A stretch of DNA of 64,000 nucleotides, taken from positions 246,801-310,800 of the forward strand of contig CAVRBU010000006.1 of the NCBI GenBank assembly GCA_963719315.1, given 5' to 3'. The DNA comes from an uncultured Planctomycetota bacterium. Lineage in GTDB: Bacteria > Planctomycetota > Planctomycetia > Pirellulales > Lacipirellulaceae. The notes beneath the pieces were generated by a model. The model did no database searches and had not been told where the DNA came from. It saw only the letters and a list, made by a program, of their open reading frames with translations. Position 1 is the stretch's first letter. Each line of letters opens with the position of its first letter. Of the stretch, positions 24,326 to 35,531 are shown piece after piece. Both the position numbers and the translations under genes were made by a program.

Positions 24326-24924
24326 ATGGCTTTGGCAAAATGTCGCGAGTGTGGAAATCGCGTTAGGACGAAGGCAGAAAGCTGCCCATCCTGCGGCGCA
24401 CCTGTCAAGGCGTCGAAGACAATCTCAACCGGCATGGGCTGCCTCATGATGATAGTCGCAGCCATAGTTTTTACAGTTTTCTTCAGTGACATCACGATGA
24501 TAGTCGTCCAGTGAAGGACTCCACGTACAATACTGCCTCGGATTCGCAAAGCGAGGAGCCGACTGCAACCGAGCAAACGATCGGTACCGCGACAGCTAAG
24601 ATTCTAAGCAGTGAGCTTGTGGATTTTACTAACGACGATGGCAAGAAAATGCAAAAAGTTGTCGTCCATTGGAAGAATACAGGAAAGACGCCAGTGAGAG
24701 CCATTGATGCCGAGATTATCCATTGGGACGTTTCGGATAGAATGTTAGGGGATTATAACTACACAATTTTCGCAGTGTCCGATGATGATTCAGGCATAGC
24801 GCCAGGCGAAGTCCAAGTCACCAAGGGTTTTATTCTGCCTGGCTTTCAAGGCATTCCTGGCTATGAGCGTTCAAAGAGGGTTGACGTGCGTATCAGGACT
24901 GTGGACGAGCACTCAGGTTTTTAA
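24326..24924 (+). CDS. Zinc-ribbon membrane protein (frameshift near 24490-24510)
   Basis: MALAKCRECG...CPSCGAP, TM helix, then Ig-like C-terminal ORF 24511-24924. Confidence 0.6.
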
Positions 24925-24968
24925 GAATGGCTCGACAATTAATAGCGTGAATCAGAGGCGCTCGTCGG

Positions 24969-25617
24969 ATGCAAATATCAACCGAGCATTTAATGCGCCA
25001 ACTGGAACTCGCGGACACCCTATTGGCTGGGAGAGACCGGATGCTCGAACCCCAACAGTTGCCGGGGCGCTACGGTCGAGTAGTCCAGGCGCTCGATCAA
25101 GTCCTCAAGGCGTGCGATTGCGAGGCTGTCGTAAGTGGCGGCTGGGCCGTCTGGCGACACGGTTACGTGGGGCGGATTACTCAAGACATCGACATCGCAG
25201 TTCCGCGCGGAGCTATCCAAGATTTTCTACAGGCACTCAGTTAGCGGCTTTGAAGTGCTGAATCAACCCGAGGGTCGATGGCCAAAACTAGTGCATCGCG
25301 AAACAGGAATCGACGTCGATCTCCTACCGGAAGGCGGGCGACCCGGTACCGCGTCGCGACCCGCACCTACGACGATACCACATCCGAAAGCCATGGGCGC
25401 CATTCGCGGCTCGTTAAGGTACGTCTCGCTGCCTTCGCTTATTGAACTGAAACTTGCCGCAGGACGTTTGCGCGATGAGGCCGATATCATCGAGCTTGCT
25501 CGCGAGAACCAAGCTCATTTAGACGAAATCCGCGATCATCTAGAGGCCGTTCACCCCCTGTACGCGAGTCGCTTTGAAGAACTTCTCGACCAACTGAATG
25601 ACGCAGCGAACGGCTAA
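24969..25617 (+). CDS. Nucleotidyltransferase-fold protein (frameshift near 25240)
   Basis: GGWAV...R.TQDIDI motif, VDLL, LIELKLAAGRLRDEADI. Confidence 0.72.
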
Positions 25618-25744
25618 AACTGTGAAAATTGACTGAAGCGTTGGGTGGCGTGCTTTCGCGGCGCAGCCTCGTAAGCATGTGCTTGCTCCGTCAACATGCT
25701 CACGCCGTAAACGCGGCGAGAGCACGGCACCCGCTGCATTGAAT

Positions 25745-27120
25745 TCAAACATAACTCGCCGCCCGCGCTTTGGCCTGTTGTCGCTGGTTGCGCTGCTGAA
25801 TCTTTTTGCGTTGTTTGGGTTTTTCTTTCGGAAACGAAGGCGGAGACTGTTCGGCGTTCCAGGCATCCCACAGCGATTTGAGTTCGCGGACCTTATCCGG
25901 CATGTCAGCCGCGAGGTTTTTGGATTCGCTGATGTCGTCGGCAAGGTTGTATAGTTCACCGTCCGTCTTGTCGCCGCCATTGCCGGCCACGAGTTTCCAA
26001 TCGCCGTGGCGGACGGCCCATTGATCGCCGAATCGCCAATAGAGCGTTTCGTGCGGCCGCTCCGAATTTTTGCCAATGAGGTAGGGCAGCAGGTTCACGC
26101 CGTCGAGCTTCCGTTCGGGTTTGACTTCGACGCCCGCGGCGGCAAGGGCGGTGGGCAGAATGTCGAGTTGAACGATCGGATTTTCGTACGTCTTGCCGGC
26201 AGGCAGTTTGCCTTTCCACTGACAACTGAACGGAACTCGCGTGCCGCCTTCCCAGGTGGTCATTTTGAACCCGCGTAGGGGCAGATTGCTGGAAGTCGTT
26301 TGCCGCGTGGGCCCGCCGTTATCGGAAAAGAAGAATACGAGCGTATTCTCTTCCTCGCCCATTTCGCGAACCTTGCCGAGGATCTTGCCGACGGCCTGGT
26401 CCATGGCATACATCATGGCCGCGAATGTACGACGATTCTCCTCCGGAATATTCTTGAAGCGCTCGATGTATTTCTCGGCGCTTGCAGCGGCGTGTGCTGC
26501 GCGTTGAATGGTACGTAAAGCAGCCAGGGGCGATCCTTCTTCTGCTTGCCAAGCCAATCGACGGCCCGATCGGCGTAGGCATCCGTCGTATAGAAATCCT
26601 GATCCTCGACTTTCCGCACGTCGGGCGAAATTCGTGAATCAACAAACTGTGTGGGATGGTAGTACGGCGTGTTACCAAGCGTGCCGTAGAACTCGTCGAA
26701 GCCACGTTCCATGGGTCGGAAGTCGGGCTTGACGCCCAGGTGCCATTTGCCGACGGCCCCCGTCGCGTAACCGAGTTCGTGAAAACGCTTGGCCATCGTC
26801 GTTTCTTTGAGCGATAGCCCGCCGAGCGCCGCGACGCTGTTGAACTCGTGACCAAAGCGCGTCGGATACCGGCCCGTCATCAGACCGGCCCGCGACGGGC
26901 TGCAATACGTGGCCGCGACATAACCTTGCGTAAACCGCACGCCATTCTTCGCAATCGAGTCGATGTTCGGCGTGGGAATTTGCGGGTTGCCTTGAAACCC
27001 AAATTCGGCCCAGCCGACGTCGTCTGCCAAAAAAATCAAGACATTGGGCTTATTTTCCGCCGCCATCGCAGCCGATGCCATAGTCGCCATCATCAAAACG
27101 AGGCTCGTAGTGATTCGCAT
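25745..27120 (-). CDS. Formylglycine-dependent sulfatase (frameshift near 26490)
   Basis: PNVLIFLADD, CSPSRAGLMTGRY, GKWHLG, FFSDNGG, ELYNLADD. Confidence 0.9.
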
Positions 27121-27250
27121 GATTGTTGCTCCGCCTGGTAGTTGTCAGAATGGAGTGTGCAGATACGCGTCCCATCATATTCGCTTCGATGGTGCCGGCA
27201 ACCACTCAATCCCCTGCGCCCCGATAAATTGTGGCTGAACGGATATTTCG

Positions 27251-29101
27251 ATGCGCAAATCGATTGCAGCGGTTGTTATCCTCTTGATCTGGAGCCACAT
27301 CAGCGCGGCAGAAGTGCCGAATGTCTTGTGGATCACGTGCGAGGACATCAGCCCCAATCTCGGCTGCTATGGCGATGATTATGCCGTATCGCCCAATCTG
27401 AATGCCCTTGCCGCGCGCGGAATGCGCTACACGAATGCGATTTCCAACGCTCCGGTGTGCGCCCCGGCCCGGACGACGATCATTTCCGGCCTGTATCCGC
27501 CATCGACGGGCGCCGAACACATGCGTTCGCTCGTGGCCATGCCGAACGGGCTGCGGATGTTTCCACAATTCTTGCGCGACGCCGGCTACTACGCCACCAA
27601 TAACAGCAAGGAGGATTACAACCTGGAGAAACCAGGCCGGGTGTGGGACGATTCGAGCCAGCGGGCTCATTGGAAGAACCGCAAAAAGGACCAGCCATTC
27701 TTCGCGGTATTTAATTTCACGATTTCGCACGAGTCGCAAATTCGCAACGCGATCGACGCCGCGAATCGCATTCACGATCCGGCCAAGGTCAGCCTGCCGG
27801 CGTATCACCCCGATGCACCCGAAGTGCGGCGCGATTGGGCCCAGTATTACGACCGCATCACGATGATGGACAAGCAAGCGGGAGCTGCGCTGAAGGAAAT
27901 CGAGAAAGCGAATTTGGTGGACGATACGATCGTGTTCTTTTTTGGCGACCACGGCTCGGGGATGCCGCGGAGCAAGCGAACGGTGTGCAACTCGGGACTG
28001 AACGTGCCGTTTATTGTGTATTTCCCGCCCAAGTGGGAGCATCTGGCTCCCAAGGACTATCGGTCGGGCGGAACCTCCGACCGCCTCATCGGCTTCGTCG
28101 ACCTCGCGCCGACAATGCTCAGCTTGGCCGGCATCAAGCCGCCCGATTGGATGCAAGGCGGCGCCTTTTGCGGCAAGTACGCGTCGCCCGAACCTGAATT
28201 CAGTTTCGGATTCCGCGGGCGGGTGGACGAACGGTACGACCTCGTGCGAAGCGTGCGCGACAAGCGTTACATGTACGTCCGTAGCTTCATGCCCCATCTC
28301 CCGCACGGGCAGCACAATGCCTATATGTTCGAAACGCCGACGACCAGGGTCTGGTATCGATTGTTCGAAGAAGGAAAACTTAACGAGACTCAATCGCGTT
28401 TCTGGCAACCGAAATCCGTTGAAGAGTTGTACGATCTGACTTCCGACCGAGATGAAGTCATCAATCTGGCCGATTCTCCCATTGTTCAAGACCAGCTTGC
28501 GCGGATGCGGACGGCATTTCAGGATTGGGAGCACCGAATTCGAGACGTGGGCTTCCTGTCGGAATGGGAAATGAACGCGCGATCGAGAGGCACGACGCCG
28601 TACGACATGGGGCACAACGAACAGAAGTACGATTTTGATGCGGTCTTCGCCGCAGCCAATTTGGCGACATCCCTCAAATCCTCCGACCTGCCGGATATTG
28701 TTCGACTTCTGAAGGATAAAGACAGCGCCGTTCGCTACTGGGGCGCTGTGGGCTTGCTGACGCAGGGCAAAGCGGGGATCGCGGCGGGGCGCGGCGAGCT
28801 TGTTGCCGCCCTGCAAGATAGCTCGCCGATCGTGCGGATCACGGCCGCTGAGGCGCTGGGCCGCTATGGCGATGAGCCGGATGCGGCGGCGTCGCTGAAG
28901 GTGTTGTTGCATTTTGCCCGGCCGGAAGCGAATGCGTTTCTATCGATGGCGGCCTGGAACGCGCTCGACTATCTGGATGAGCGGGTGCGGCCAATCGAAA
29001 AGGCCCTCCGCGAGCTTTCGCCCGATCCAATCCATCCACCGCCGCGGTACGGCGACTATGGACGGCGGCTGAAGCAAAAAACGCTGGCGGATTTGAAATG
29101 A
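27251..29101 (+). CDS. Sulfatase with C-terminal HEAT repeats
   Basis: PNVLWITCED, CAPARTTIISG, GDHG, ELYDL; LKDKDSAVRYWG and LQDSSPIVRITAAEALG. Confidence 0.9.
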   Translation: MRKSIAAVVILLIWSHISAAEVPNVLWITCEDISPNLGCYGDDYAVSPNLNALAARGMRYTNAISNAPVCAPARTTIISGLYPPSTGAEHMRSLVAMPNGLRMFPQFLRDAGYYATNNSKEDYNLEKPGRVWDDSSQRAHWKNRKKDQPFFAVFNFTISHESQIRNAIDAANRIHDPAKVSLPAYHPDAPEVRRDWAQYYDRITMMDKQAGAALKEIEKANLVDDTIVFFFGDHGSGMPRSKRTVCNSGLNVPFIVYFPPKWEHLAPKDYRSGGTSDRLIGFVDLAPTMLSLAGIKPPDWMQGGAFCGKYASPEPEFSFGFRGRVDERYDLVRSVRDKRYMYVRSFMPHLPHGQHNAYMFETPTTRVWYRLFEEGKLNETQSRFWQPKSVEELYDLTSDRDEVINLADSPIVQDQLARMRTAFQDWEHRIRDVGFLSEWEMNARSRGTTPYDMGHNEQKYDFDAVFAAANLATSLKSSDLPDIVRLLKDKDSAVRYWGAVGLLTQGKAGIAAGRGELVAALQDSSPIVRITAAEALGRYGDEPDAAASLKVLLHFARPEANAFLSMAAWNALDYLDERVRPIEKALRELSPDPIHPPPRYGDYGRRLKQKTLADLK

Positions 29102-29187
29102 CGGTTGCTTTTCAAGAGCCGCGGCGTGCCATATGCTGGCCAGTCACGTGGAGTGGCCCTTCCTGAAGCCTATATTGGGATGCCGAC

Positions 29188-30651
29188 ATGATCGACCGAG
29201 TGACTCGTTTCATGCTTCCGATTGCCGTTTTGGGAGTATTCGTGATGTGCCAACTTGGCGCCACGAACGCGACGAGCGACCGGGACGCCACCGTCCAGGG
29301 GCTAGTCGCCAACGGCAATTTCACCGCAGCCGAGAAAATGTTGCGTTCTGAAATCGCGGACGGTAATGCGCCGGTCACCAGCGAGCCGGCCATCCAGTTG
29401 GAAGTTTTGCGGCGGACTCGTCACGATTTCTCCAAGTCGAACGACGAGGTGCTGGCGGAAATCCAGAAAAGAGTGCCAGACGCCACGCAGAAAGACCTCG
29501 ATCGGTGGCGCGAGGCCGGCGATTTACAATTCCGGATGATCGACGGCGAGCGCCGCTACTTCCGCGAGTCGGTGCCGAATTTATTTCGACTCAACAAAGA
29601 AGCCAAACGCCGCCAGGTCGATCCGGCGGCCAAAAAGAAGTTCGACACTACCGCGCTCGTGGAAAAACTCGTAAAGCTTTCGGAGTCATCCGACCAGCCG
29701 CAGATTTACCCGGTCAAGCACAACATCAAATATGAGGTAACCGTTCACGAGAATCATCCGCGCGTGAAGGCCGGCGCCAAAGTGCGTGCCTGGTTGCCGT
29801 TTCCACAGGAATACCGCCAGCAACACGACGTGAAGTTGCTCAGCAGTTCCCCCTCTGAGGCAAAGATTGCCTCGAAGGAAGCGCCTCAGCGGAGCGTGTA
29901 TTTTGAGGAAACTATCACCGATCCCAGCCAGCCGCCGCGATTCGCGGTTGAATTCGAGTTCGTCACCGACGCTTATTGTCCCAAGCTCGATCCGGCCAAG
30001 GTGCAGCCCTACGACGTAAATGGCGATTTGTTTCGTGAGTACACGGCCGAGCGGCGACCCCATATTGCGTTCACGCCGGAAGTGCAGCGGTTGGCCGCGG
30101 AGATAGTGGGCGACGAGACCAACCCGCTCGAAAAGGCACGGCGGATTTTTCGTTGGGTATCGAAGAATATGCCGTGGTGCAATGAGATGGAGTACAGCAT
30201 TATTCCGAGTCTCTCTATTAAGGGCCTCACGGCTCGCCGCGGCGATTGCGGCGTACAAGGCACGAGCTTCATCACGCTCTGCCGGGCAGCCGGCGTGCCC
30301 GCGCGGTGGCAATCGGGTTGGCAAACCAAGCCCGGCGATTGGAACATGCACGACTGGTCGGAGATTTACGTCGAGCCCTGGGGCTGGCTGCCGGCCGACG
30401 CGTCGTACGGCGTGAAGGAAAGCACCGACCCCCGCGTCCGCGATTTTTTTTGTGGCCACATGGACCCGTACCGGCTAATCGTGAACCTCGATTACGGCCG
30501 CACGCTCGAGCCGCCCAAGACGAGTTTTCGCAGCGAGCCGACCGATTTTCAGCGCGGCGAGATCGAAATCGACGGCCACAACCTGTACTTCGACGAGTGG
30601 GATCACAAATTCGAGGTAGTGACCAGGCCATTGGCGGAGACCACGCGCTAG
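29188..30651 (+). CDS. Secreted transglutaminase-like domain protein
   Basis: GDCG, LCRAAGVPAR, HDWSEIY, WLPADAS catalytic triad motifs. Confidence 0.88.
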   Translation: MIDRVTRFMLPIAVLGVFVMCQLGATNATSDRDATVQGLVANGNFTAAEKMLRSEIADGNAPVTSEPAIQLEVLRRTRHDFSKSNDEVLAEIQKRVPDATQKDLDRWREAGDLQFRMIDGERRYFRESVPNLFRLNKEAKRRQVDPAAKKKFDTTALVEKLVKLSESSDQPQIYPVKHNIKYEVTVHENHPRVKAGAKVRAWLPFPQEYRQQHDVKLLSSSPSEAKIASKEAPQRSVYFEETITDPSQPPRFAVEFEFVTDAYCPKLDPAKVQPYDVNGDLFREYTAERRPHIAFTPEVQRLAAEIVGDETNPLEKARRIFRWVSKNMPWCNEMEYSIIPSLSIKGLTARRGDCGVQGTSFITLCRAAGVPARWQSGWQTKPGDWNMHDWSEIYVEPWGWLPADASYGVKESTDPRVRDFFCGHMDPYRLIVNLDYGRTLEPPKTSFRSEPTDFQRGEIEIDGHNLYFDEWDHKFEVVTRPLAETTR

Positions 30652-30680
30652 GGATCGAAGGATCAATCCCCACGATCTCT

Positions 30681-30765
30681 GCAGGTCCCTTCTGCCGGAA
30701 GGGATCTGCGCGAATTCAGAAGGTTGCCAAGCAGGTTCAGGTCCCACTCGGCAAGCGGGACCTAC
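30681..30765. repeat. GTAG-type REP doublet
   Basis: GCAGGTCCCTTCTGCCGGAAGGGATC and inverted CAGGTCCCACTCGGCAAGCGGGACCTAC; second copy at 36777-36861. Confidence 0.75.
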
Positions 30766-30960
30766 TTTTGGGGCAACACCGTTCCATCGCCCTGAACGCC
30801 TTCGCAGAAATCTGCGGCAGCCGGCGTTCAACTTTTCGCAATCGCTACGGTCAGTCGATCGAACACCTCGATTTAGTTGTTTCGTCCGTACGCCGATAGC
30901 ACAGATAGCACCCGACGTTGGGGGTGCATTCCCGCCACAATTCGGCACGGACGCTTACCA

Positions 30961-32358
30961 ATGAAAACTCCCTATCCCGTAGCGAGCTACCGAACAGCCG
31001 GCGTACTCTGCGTTGCAGCCCTTCTGATTCCGCTGGCCACAAGCCGCGGACAAGAATGGCCCAAGGACATCCACTTTGCTTCGTCCACTTCCAACACGGC
31101 GGATAACGCAGACAATTCATCGGCCGACGCCTGCAGTGGAATGACCGCGGAATGCGACCCCTGCCCGTACTGCTCGTACGAGTACGACCCGTGCGGCGAA
31201 CTGAAGGCCCGCCTCACCGCGATGGCGAAGTCCATGGCGCAGCAGGGTATTGTTTACGACGCCGAAGCCACGCAGTTTTACCAAGGCGTCGCGAGCGGCG
31301 GTAACGAACAAGTGTTCGAATACGGCGGCAAGGTAGATCAATTCCTCATCTTGGATAGCGGCAAGTTGGGGCTCTGGCAAGGGATGACGATGACGATGCA
31401 CGCCGAAACGCGATTCGGCGACGATGTCAATTTCGAAGCGGTCGGCTTGGCGACCGTCAACGTGGCGATGCTCTACCCCAAAGAGGGCGAACACACGACG
31501 GCGATCACCGGCCTGTCCTTCGCGCAAGCGCTCGACGAAGATGTTCAAGTCACGTTCGGCAAGTTCAATGGGCTGGACCTGTTTTACATGCTCTACCCCG
31601 AGACGGGCCGCGGGATCAATGGTTTCATGAACGCCTCGATGGTGATCCCGATCTCGGTCGCGCGCGTCGTCCCCTTATCGTTTATGGGGGTGGGCGCACT
31701 CAAGCTTCACGAGAAGCAGGTGCAAGGCGGTATTTTGGTCTACGATACGAACAACGTGGCGACAACCAGCGGCTTCGATGATCTGTTCGACAACGGCGCA
31801 AACATTTTGGGTTTCTGGCGATTCTTCACCGAAGTCGGCGGACTCCCCGGCTCGCAAATGTTCGGCGGCATTTGGTCGACAGGCGAATTCACCGCCCTCG
31901 ACCCAACCGGATTTGTGATCGTCCCCGGCCAGGGGATCGTCGCCCAGAAGCAAGGCGGCGCCTACACGCTGCTCTACATCTTGGAACAGACGTTGTGGAT
32001 GGACTGTTGCGACAAGCAGAAGAACGTCACGTTGCTGAGCCAGTGGGGATTGGCGAATCAGGACACGAGCCCCTTTGGCTGGTCGGCCAACGTCGCGATT
32101 CAGGCCCAAGGTTTCAACGCTTCGCGGCCGCAGGACTCGTTCGGAGTGGGCTATTTCCACACGGGCCTAAGCAATGACTTCAAAGATCTGCTCGCCCCGG
32201 TGCTCAACCTGCACGACATCAACGGCGTTGAGCTCTACTACAACGCGGCCGTCACCGATTGCTTCCATCTGACGGCGGACCTTCAGGTCATCGATCCGGC
32301 CGAGGTCGCGAACGACACCGCGATCGTGTTTGGGCTGCGGGGCACGATCGGGCTGTAG
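30961..32358 (+). CDS. Carbohydrate-selective porin, OprB family
   Basis: TQFYQG, GLWQG, RPQDSFGVGYF, ELYYNAAVT...LTADLQVI, beta-signal C-terminus. Confidence 0.85.
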   Translation: MKTPYPVASYRTAGVLCVAALLIPLATSRGQEWPKDIHFASSTSNTADNADNSSADACSGMTAECDPCPYCSYEYDPCGELKARLTAMAKSMAQQGIVYDAEATQFYQGVASGGNEQVFEYGGKVDQFLILDSGKLGLWQGMTMTMHAETRFGDDVNFEAVGLATVNVAMLYPKEGEHTTAITGLSFAQALDEDVQVTFGKFNGLDLFYMLYPETGRGINGFMNASMVIPISVARVVPLSFMGVGALKLHEKQVQGGILVYDTNNVATTSGFDDLFDNGANILGFWRFFTEVGGLPGSQMFGGIWSTGEFTALDPTGFVIVPGQGIVAQKQGGAYTLLYILEQTLWMDCCDKQKNVTLLSQWGLANQDTSPFGWSANVAIQAQGFNASRPQDSFGVGYFHTGLSNDFKDLLAPVLNLHDINGVELYYNAAVTDCFHLTADLQVIDPAEVANDTAIVFGLRGTIGL

Positions 32359-32653
32359 CATGCTCGTTTTCTTCGTGCGGACGATCGTGCTGCCGGGTAG
32401 TATTGCGCGCGAGTGCCTTACGCGCTGGATTCACAACCTGTTGCGGCCCAAGGGGTTGAATTTTGCTCGCGACGTGGAAAATTTTTTTTCGCGTGCAAAA
32501 GTCCGAGTTTCGCACTCCAGCCGGCGTGAATCGCTCGAATAATCCAGGCTCGGCAAGCTTCGTGGGCGGACAAAAGTCAGGTACTGTACGGTCAGATTGT
32601 TGCTGACATTCTAACCGCTTGAACCCGAATTGCGAGCGTGGCAATATCGGGGC

Positions 32654-33038
32654 ATGGATGGCATAGAACTTCTAAAGTCTCAGGCGCTCGCCAAACGCAA
32701 CGCCGCGATACTGGCCGCCAAGCGGGAAATATAACAAAGCCCTTCGCGAGATAGCCGCCCTGAAGCGCAAGCTGGGAATCCGACCGCCGGGCAGGCCGCC
32801 CAAACCCGTACTGGGTGAGAATCCGATCCTAAGCCCAACAACAGTTGCCAGAGAGGTGCTATCGGAAGGTAAGCCGCTGACGATCGCTGAATTGACACTA
32901 GAGGTTCAACGTCGCGGGTGCCGTCCCCTGGACGATCCAAGAACCGTGGCGCATGCCATCAATAGCGGTCTGCGGTACTATCGGCGGCAATTTCGGAAGG
33001 ATGGGGATGGGCGGTGGAGCGTGGCAAACGGTGCATGA
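32654..33038 (+). CDS. Hypothetical protein, possibly winged-helix, frameshifted
   Basis: ATG 32654 plus C-terminal piece KPLTIAELTLEV...FRKDGDGRW; followed by a terminator. Confidence 0.35.
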
Positions 33039-33070
33039 AAAAGCCCGCACCACCGGCGGGCTTTTTCATG
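33034..33070. terminator. Bidirectional intrinsic terminator
   Basis: CATGAAAAAGCCCGC-accaccg-GCGGGCTTTTTCATG between convergent genes. Confidence 0.85.
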
Positions 33071-33102
33071 CTCAATAAATCAAGTCCTAGACTTTTAGCA
33101 GC

Positions 33103-34083
33103 TTACACGCTGATGCCTTCACTGGCTTCTTTGTCGTTGTCTTGCTTGCTCTCTCCGTCAGGGTGCTGATGATTCGAGCTTGCTGTCTTTGGAATTTCTC
33201 CATTGTTCTTATTGCTTTCTGAGTTGCCATTCCCATATTTCTCCGTGGGCTTAGATAAGCAGCTAATAGAAATACCGTCCGCTTCTGTGGCTCTTTTATA
33301 ACAGACATCTCTTAGTCCATCCAGTAGGGGCTTTTCAGTATGGCTAGGTTCACGAACACGCTGGAATAGCGTTCCTGCCTCCTCGCGATCAATAGCAAAT
33401 GAATGCGAAGGATAATCGGTTACAAGTTTTTCGACGGTTTCCTCCTTAACATTTTCAGTGCAAATCCTATTCCCGTAAGCTACTGCAATCAAGTTAGATC
33501 GCGTATTCTCGCCTAATCTCATTGGATCAAACTGGTCGAAAATAGGCGAGAAAAAACCGACTGTTAATTTGGTTGCGATGTCAGCCGCCATCCTTGTTGA
33601 GATTTGTCCACCGCTGCGCATTCTCAAATCGAGAAAGAATCTCTCAAATGTCTGGAATCCCTGTGCCCTGAGCGTGTCGATAGCCTGAACAGCAGTAAGC
33701 CCAGATATAAACTCTCCCAACTCCTCTGGCTTTGCTAGCTGAATATCCAAAGGTCCGAGTTCGGCGGTGTCAGACATAATGATTTCATCGGCACCAAGAG
33801 CGATCAGTGTGCCAGCGCTTTTGCATAACGACGGAACACACAAACGGAACATTGCGCTGCCATAGTGCCGACGTACGCTCCGAACTATCTGATACGCGGT
33901 GTCGGCTGAGCCACCGAGTGTTGTCAAAATTAACGTCGCATGCTTTCGTTCTTTACAACCGACAATACACTCATTGAATACTCTCTCTTGACCAGTGTTA
34001 ATCGGACCAGCGTATACGTATATGTCCGAATCGGTTTCATCCGCATATTCGCGAAACTTTTCCAATGGGTCTTTCGTCGTCAT
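33103..34083 (-). CDS. SDH family Clp-fold serine protease
   Basis: TTLGGS, CKSAGTLIALGADEIIM, ELGPLDIQ, DYPSHSFAID; AT-richer than flanks. Confidence 0.8.
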   Translation of the reverse strand: MTTKDPLEKFREYADETDSDIYVYAGPINTGQERVFNECIVGCKERKHATLILTTLGGSADTAYQIVRSVRRHYGSAMFRLCVPSLCKSAGTLIALGADEIIMSDTAELGPLDIQLAKPEELGEFISGLTAVQAIDTLRAQGFQTFERFFLDLRMRSGGQISTRMAADIATKLTVGFFSPIFDQFDPMRLGENTRSNLIAVAYGNRICTENVKEETVEKLVTDYPSHSFAIDREEAGTLFQRVREPSHTEKPLLDGLRDVCYKRATEADGISISCLSKPTEKYGNGNSESNKNNGEIPKTASSNHQHPDGESKQDNDKEASEGISV

Positions 34084-34132
34084 AATGCCACTTTCAGACG
34101 GTTATCTTATACCAGAGGCTAGCACCTTGCAA

Positions 34133-35098
34133 TTAAGCTATAGCAGCCTGTTCTAGCAATTCTTTGATCGTCCAAGCGTAGTCCGTCAGTTTGCTCGCCA
34201 TCGCCGGCGTCCGACCTTTCAGCGTTTCATGCTTCCGGCAGAAGTTGTACCACGCGAAATAAAGAGCCTGCATCGCTACGTGGTGACGGGGGCTCTTGCT
34301 GTGGCCGTTGGTCAAGCGGGTGAAACGTCGCATTTGCATCCGCACGCTGAGATTCATCCGCTCGATATGCGAAGTGCTTATCCGGTCTTCCTCCGGCTCG
34401 CCGAAGATCGGCAGCTTTTCAATGCCGGTTATCGTTGCCGGAGAGTAGCGGGTAGTTTCTTGCGTGTTGCTATAGGTTTTTATCAGTTGGGCGAAGTCTA
34501 CTTGCATCCCAAACGCGAACGGCACGTTTTGCGTGTAGGCTTTGAGGCCATCGCGAAGTCAGTTGGAATCGACCATTGCCGATTGCTGCTCTTCAACTTC
34601 AATAGGAATGCCCAACAAGTATTGCTGTCCCGTTGCCCTACTTGATGCGCCAAGATCAATTTCGTTTCGCGCTCAATCGCAATGAATGTCCAGCTATCCC
34701 CCAACCGGCAGAATGGCCGCGAGCAACGCGGGTCTTCTCTTTGCAACCGATGAAGCTCCAAAGCTCATCGACCTGGATGTCCTTGGCATTGACGTTCTGA
34801 ACCTTCGCATCTAGCAGGCGTTGGCAGTTCTCGCCAACAAGCAAAATCAGATTGCAGATCGTTTCGCCGTCCAGGCCTGTGAACCGCTTCGTGGCCCGAA
34901 TGCGACATCCCTTCCAGGATCATTCCTAGCGCCTTGCGTGGCTTGCTTCATGCTGATTCGCATATCGCCCAGGGGGCGAGCGCGTGCGGTCAATCCAAGT
35001 CTTGCCGCAAAGCGTGGCATGCGGAATCGCTGGTTGCCGTTCTTATCTTTGCCGTGTTTGTTGCGTCGATTTCATGGGTGGCAACTTATTACGATCAT
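34133..35098 (-). pseudogene. IS1-family-like transposase, multiply frameshifted
   Basis: N-terminal zinc finger (KHGKDKNGNQRFR), IQVDELWSFI, WTFIAIERETKLIL, ISTSHIERMNLSVRMQMRRFTRLTNG, WYNFCRKH...TPAM. Confidence 0.8.
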
Positions 35099-35247
35099 GG
35101 CGAGCCACTTTGCTGTCTAGTGGCTTTCGCAGTTACAATCGAAGGTCTCTAGGCTGCGAATTGGCGAAAGCCGGTTGTAGTTGGCCCGACCAGTGTTCTA
35201 GCATTGGCCGGGTTTTTTATTGGACTTGCTTGTCCCTTGAATACGAT

Positions 35248-35277
35248 TATGGTATTATCAAGTATGGTATTATCAAG
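35248..35277. promoter_or_regulatory. Perfect 15-bp tandem repeat, candidate RHH operator
   Basis: TATGGTATTATCAAG x2 between divergent transposase and RHH genes. Confidence 0.55.
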
Positions 35278-35324
35278 TCGGCTTGTCAACATGAATTCGA
35301 CAATATATTTTTCAAGGAAGTTTT

Positions 35325-35531
35325 ATGGCCAAAAAGGCAACGCACGGCGGCAAGCGCAAGGGCGCAGGCCGACCACCGAAAACGGATGGCAAGGCTGTAA
35401 CAATCGCGGTAACGGTCCCCGGCGACTTGGCTGGCGACTTAGATAGATTCGCCACGGCTAAGGGCTGGAGTCGCTCTAAGGCTGTCACAGAGGCCCTAAT
35501 GGGCCTGCTTAAGCGCAAGAAGCACGCTTAG
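35325..35531 (+). CDS. Ribbon-helix-helix (CopG-like) DNA-binding protein
   Basis: HGGKRKGAGRP, IAVTVPGDL..DLD....WSRSKAVTEAL; AAGGA RBS. Confidence 0.8.
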   Translation: MAKKATHGGKRKGAGRPPKTDGKAVTIAVTVPGDLAGDLDRFATAKGWSRSKAVTEALMGLLKRKKHA

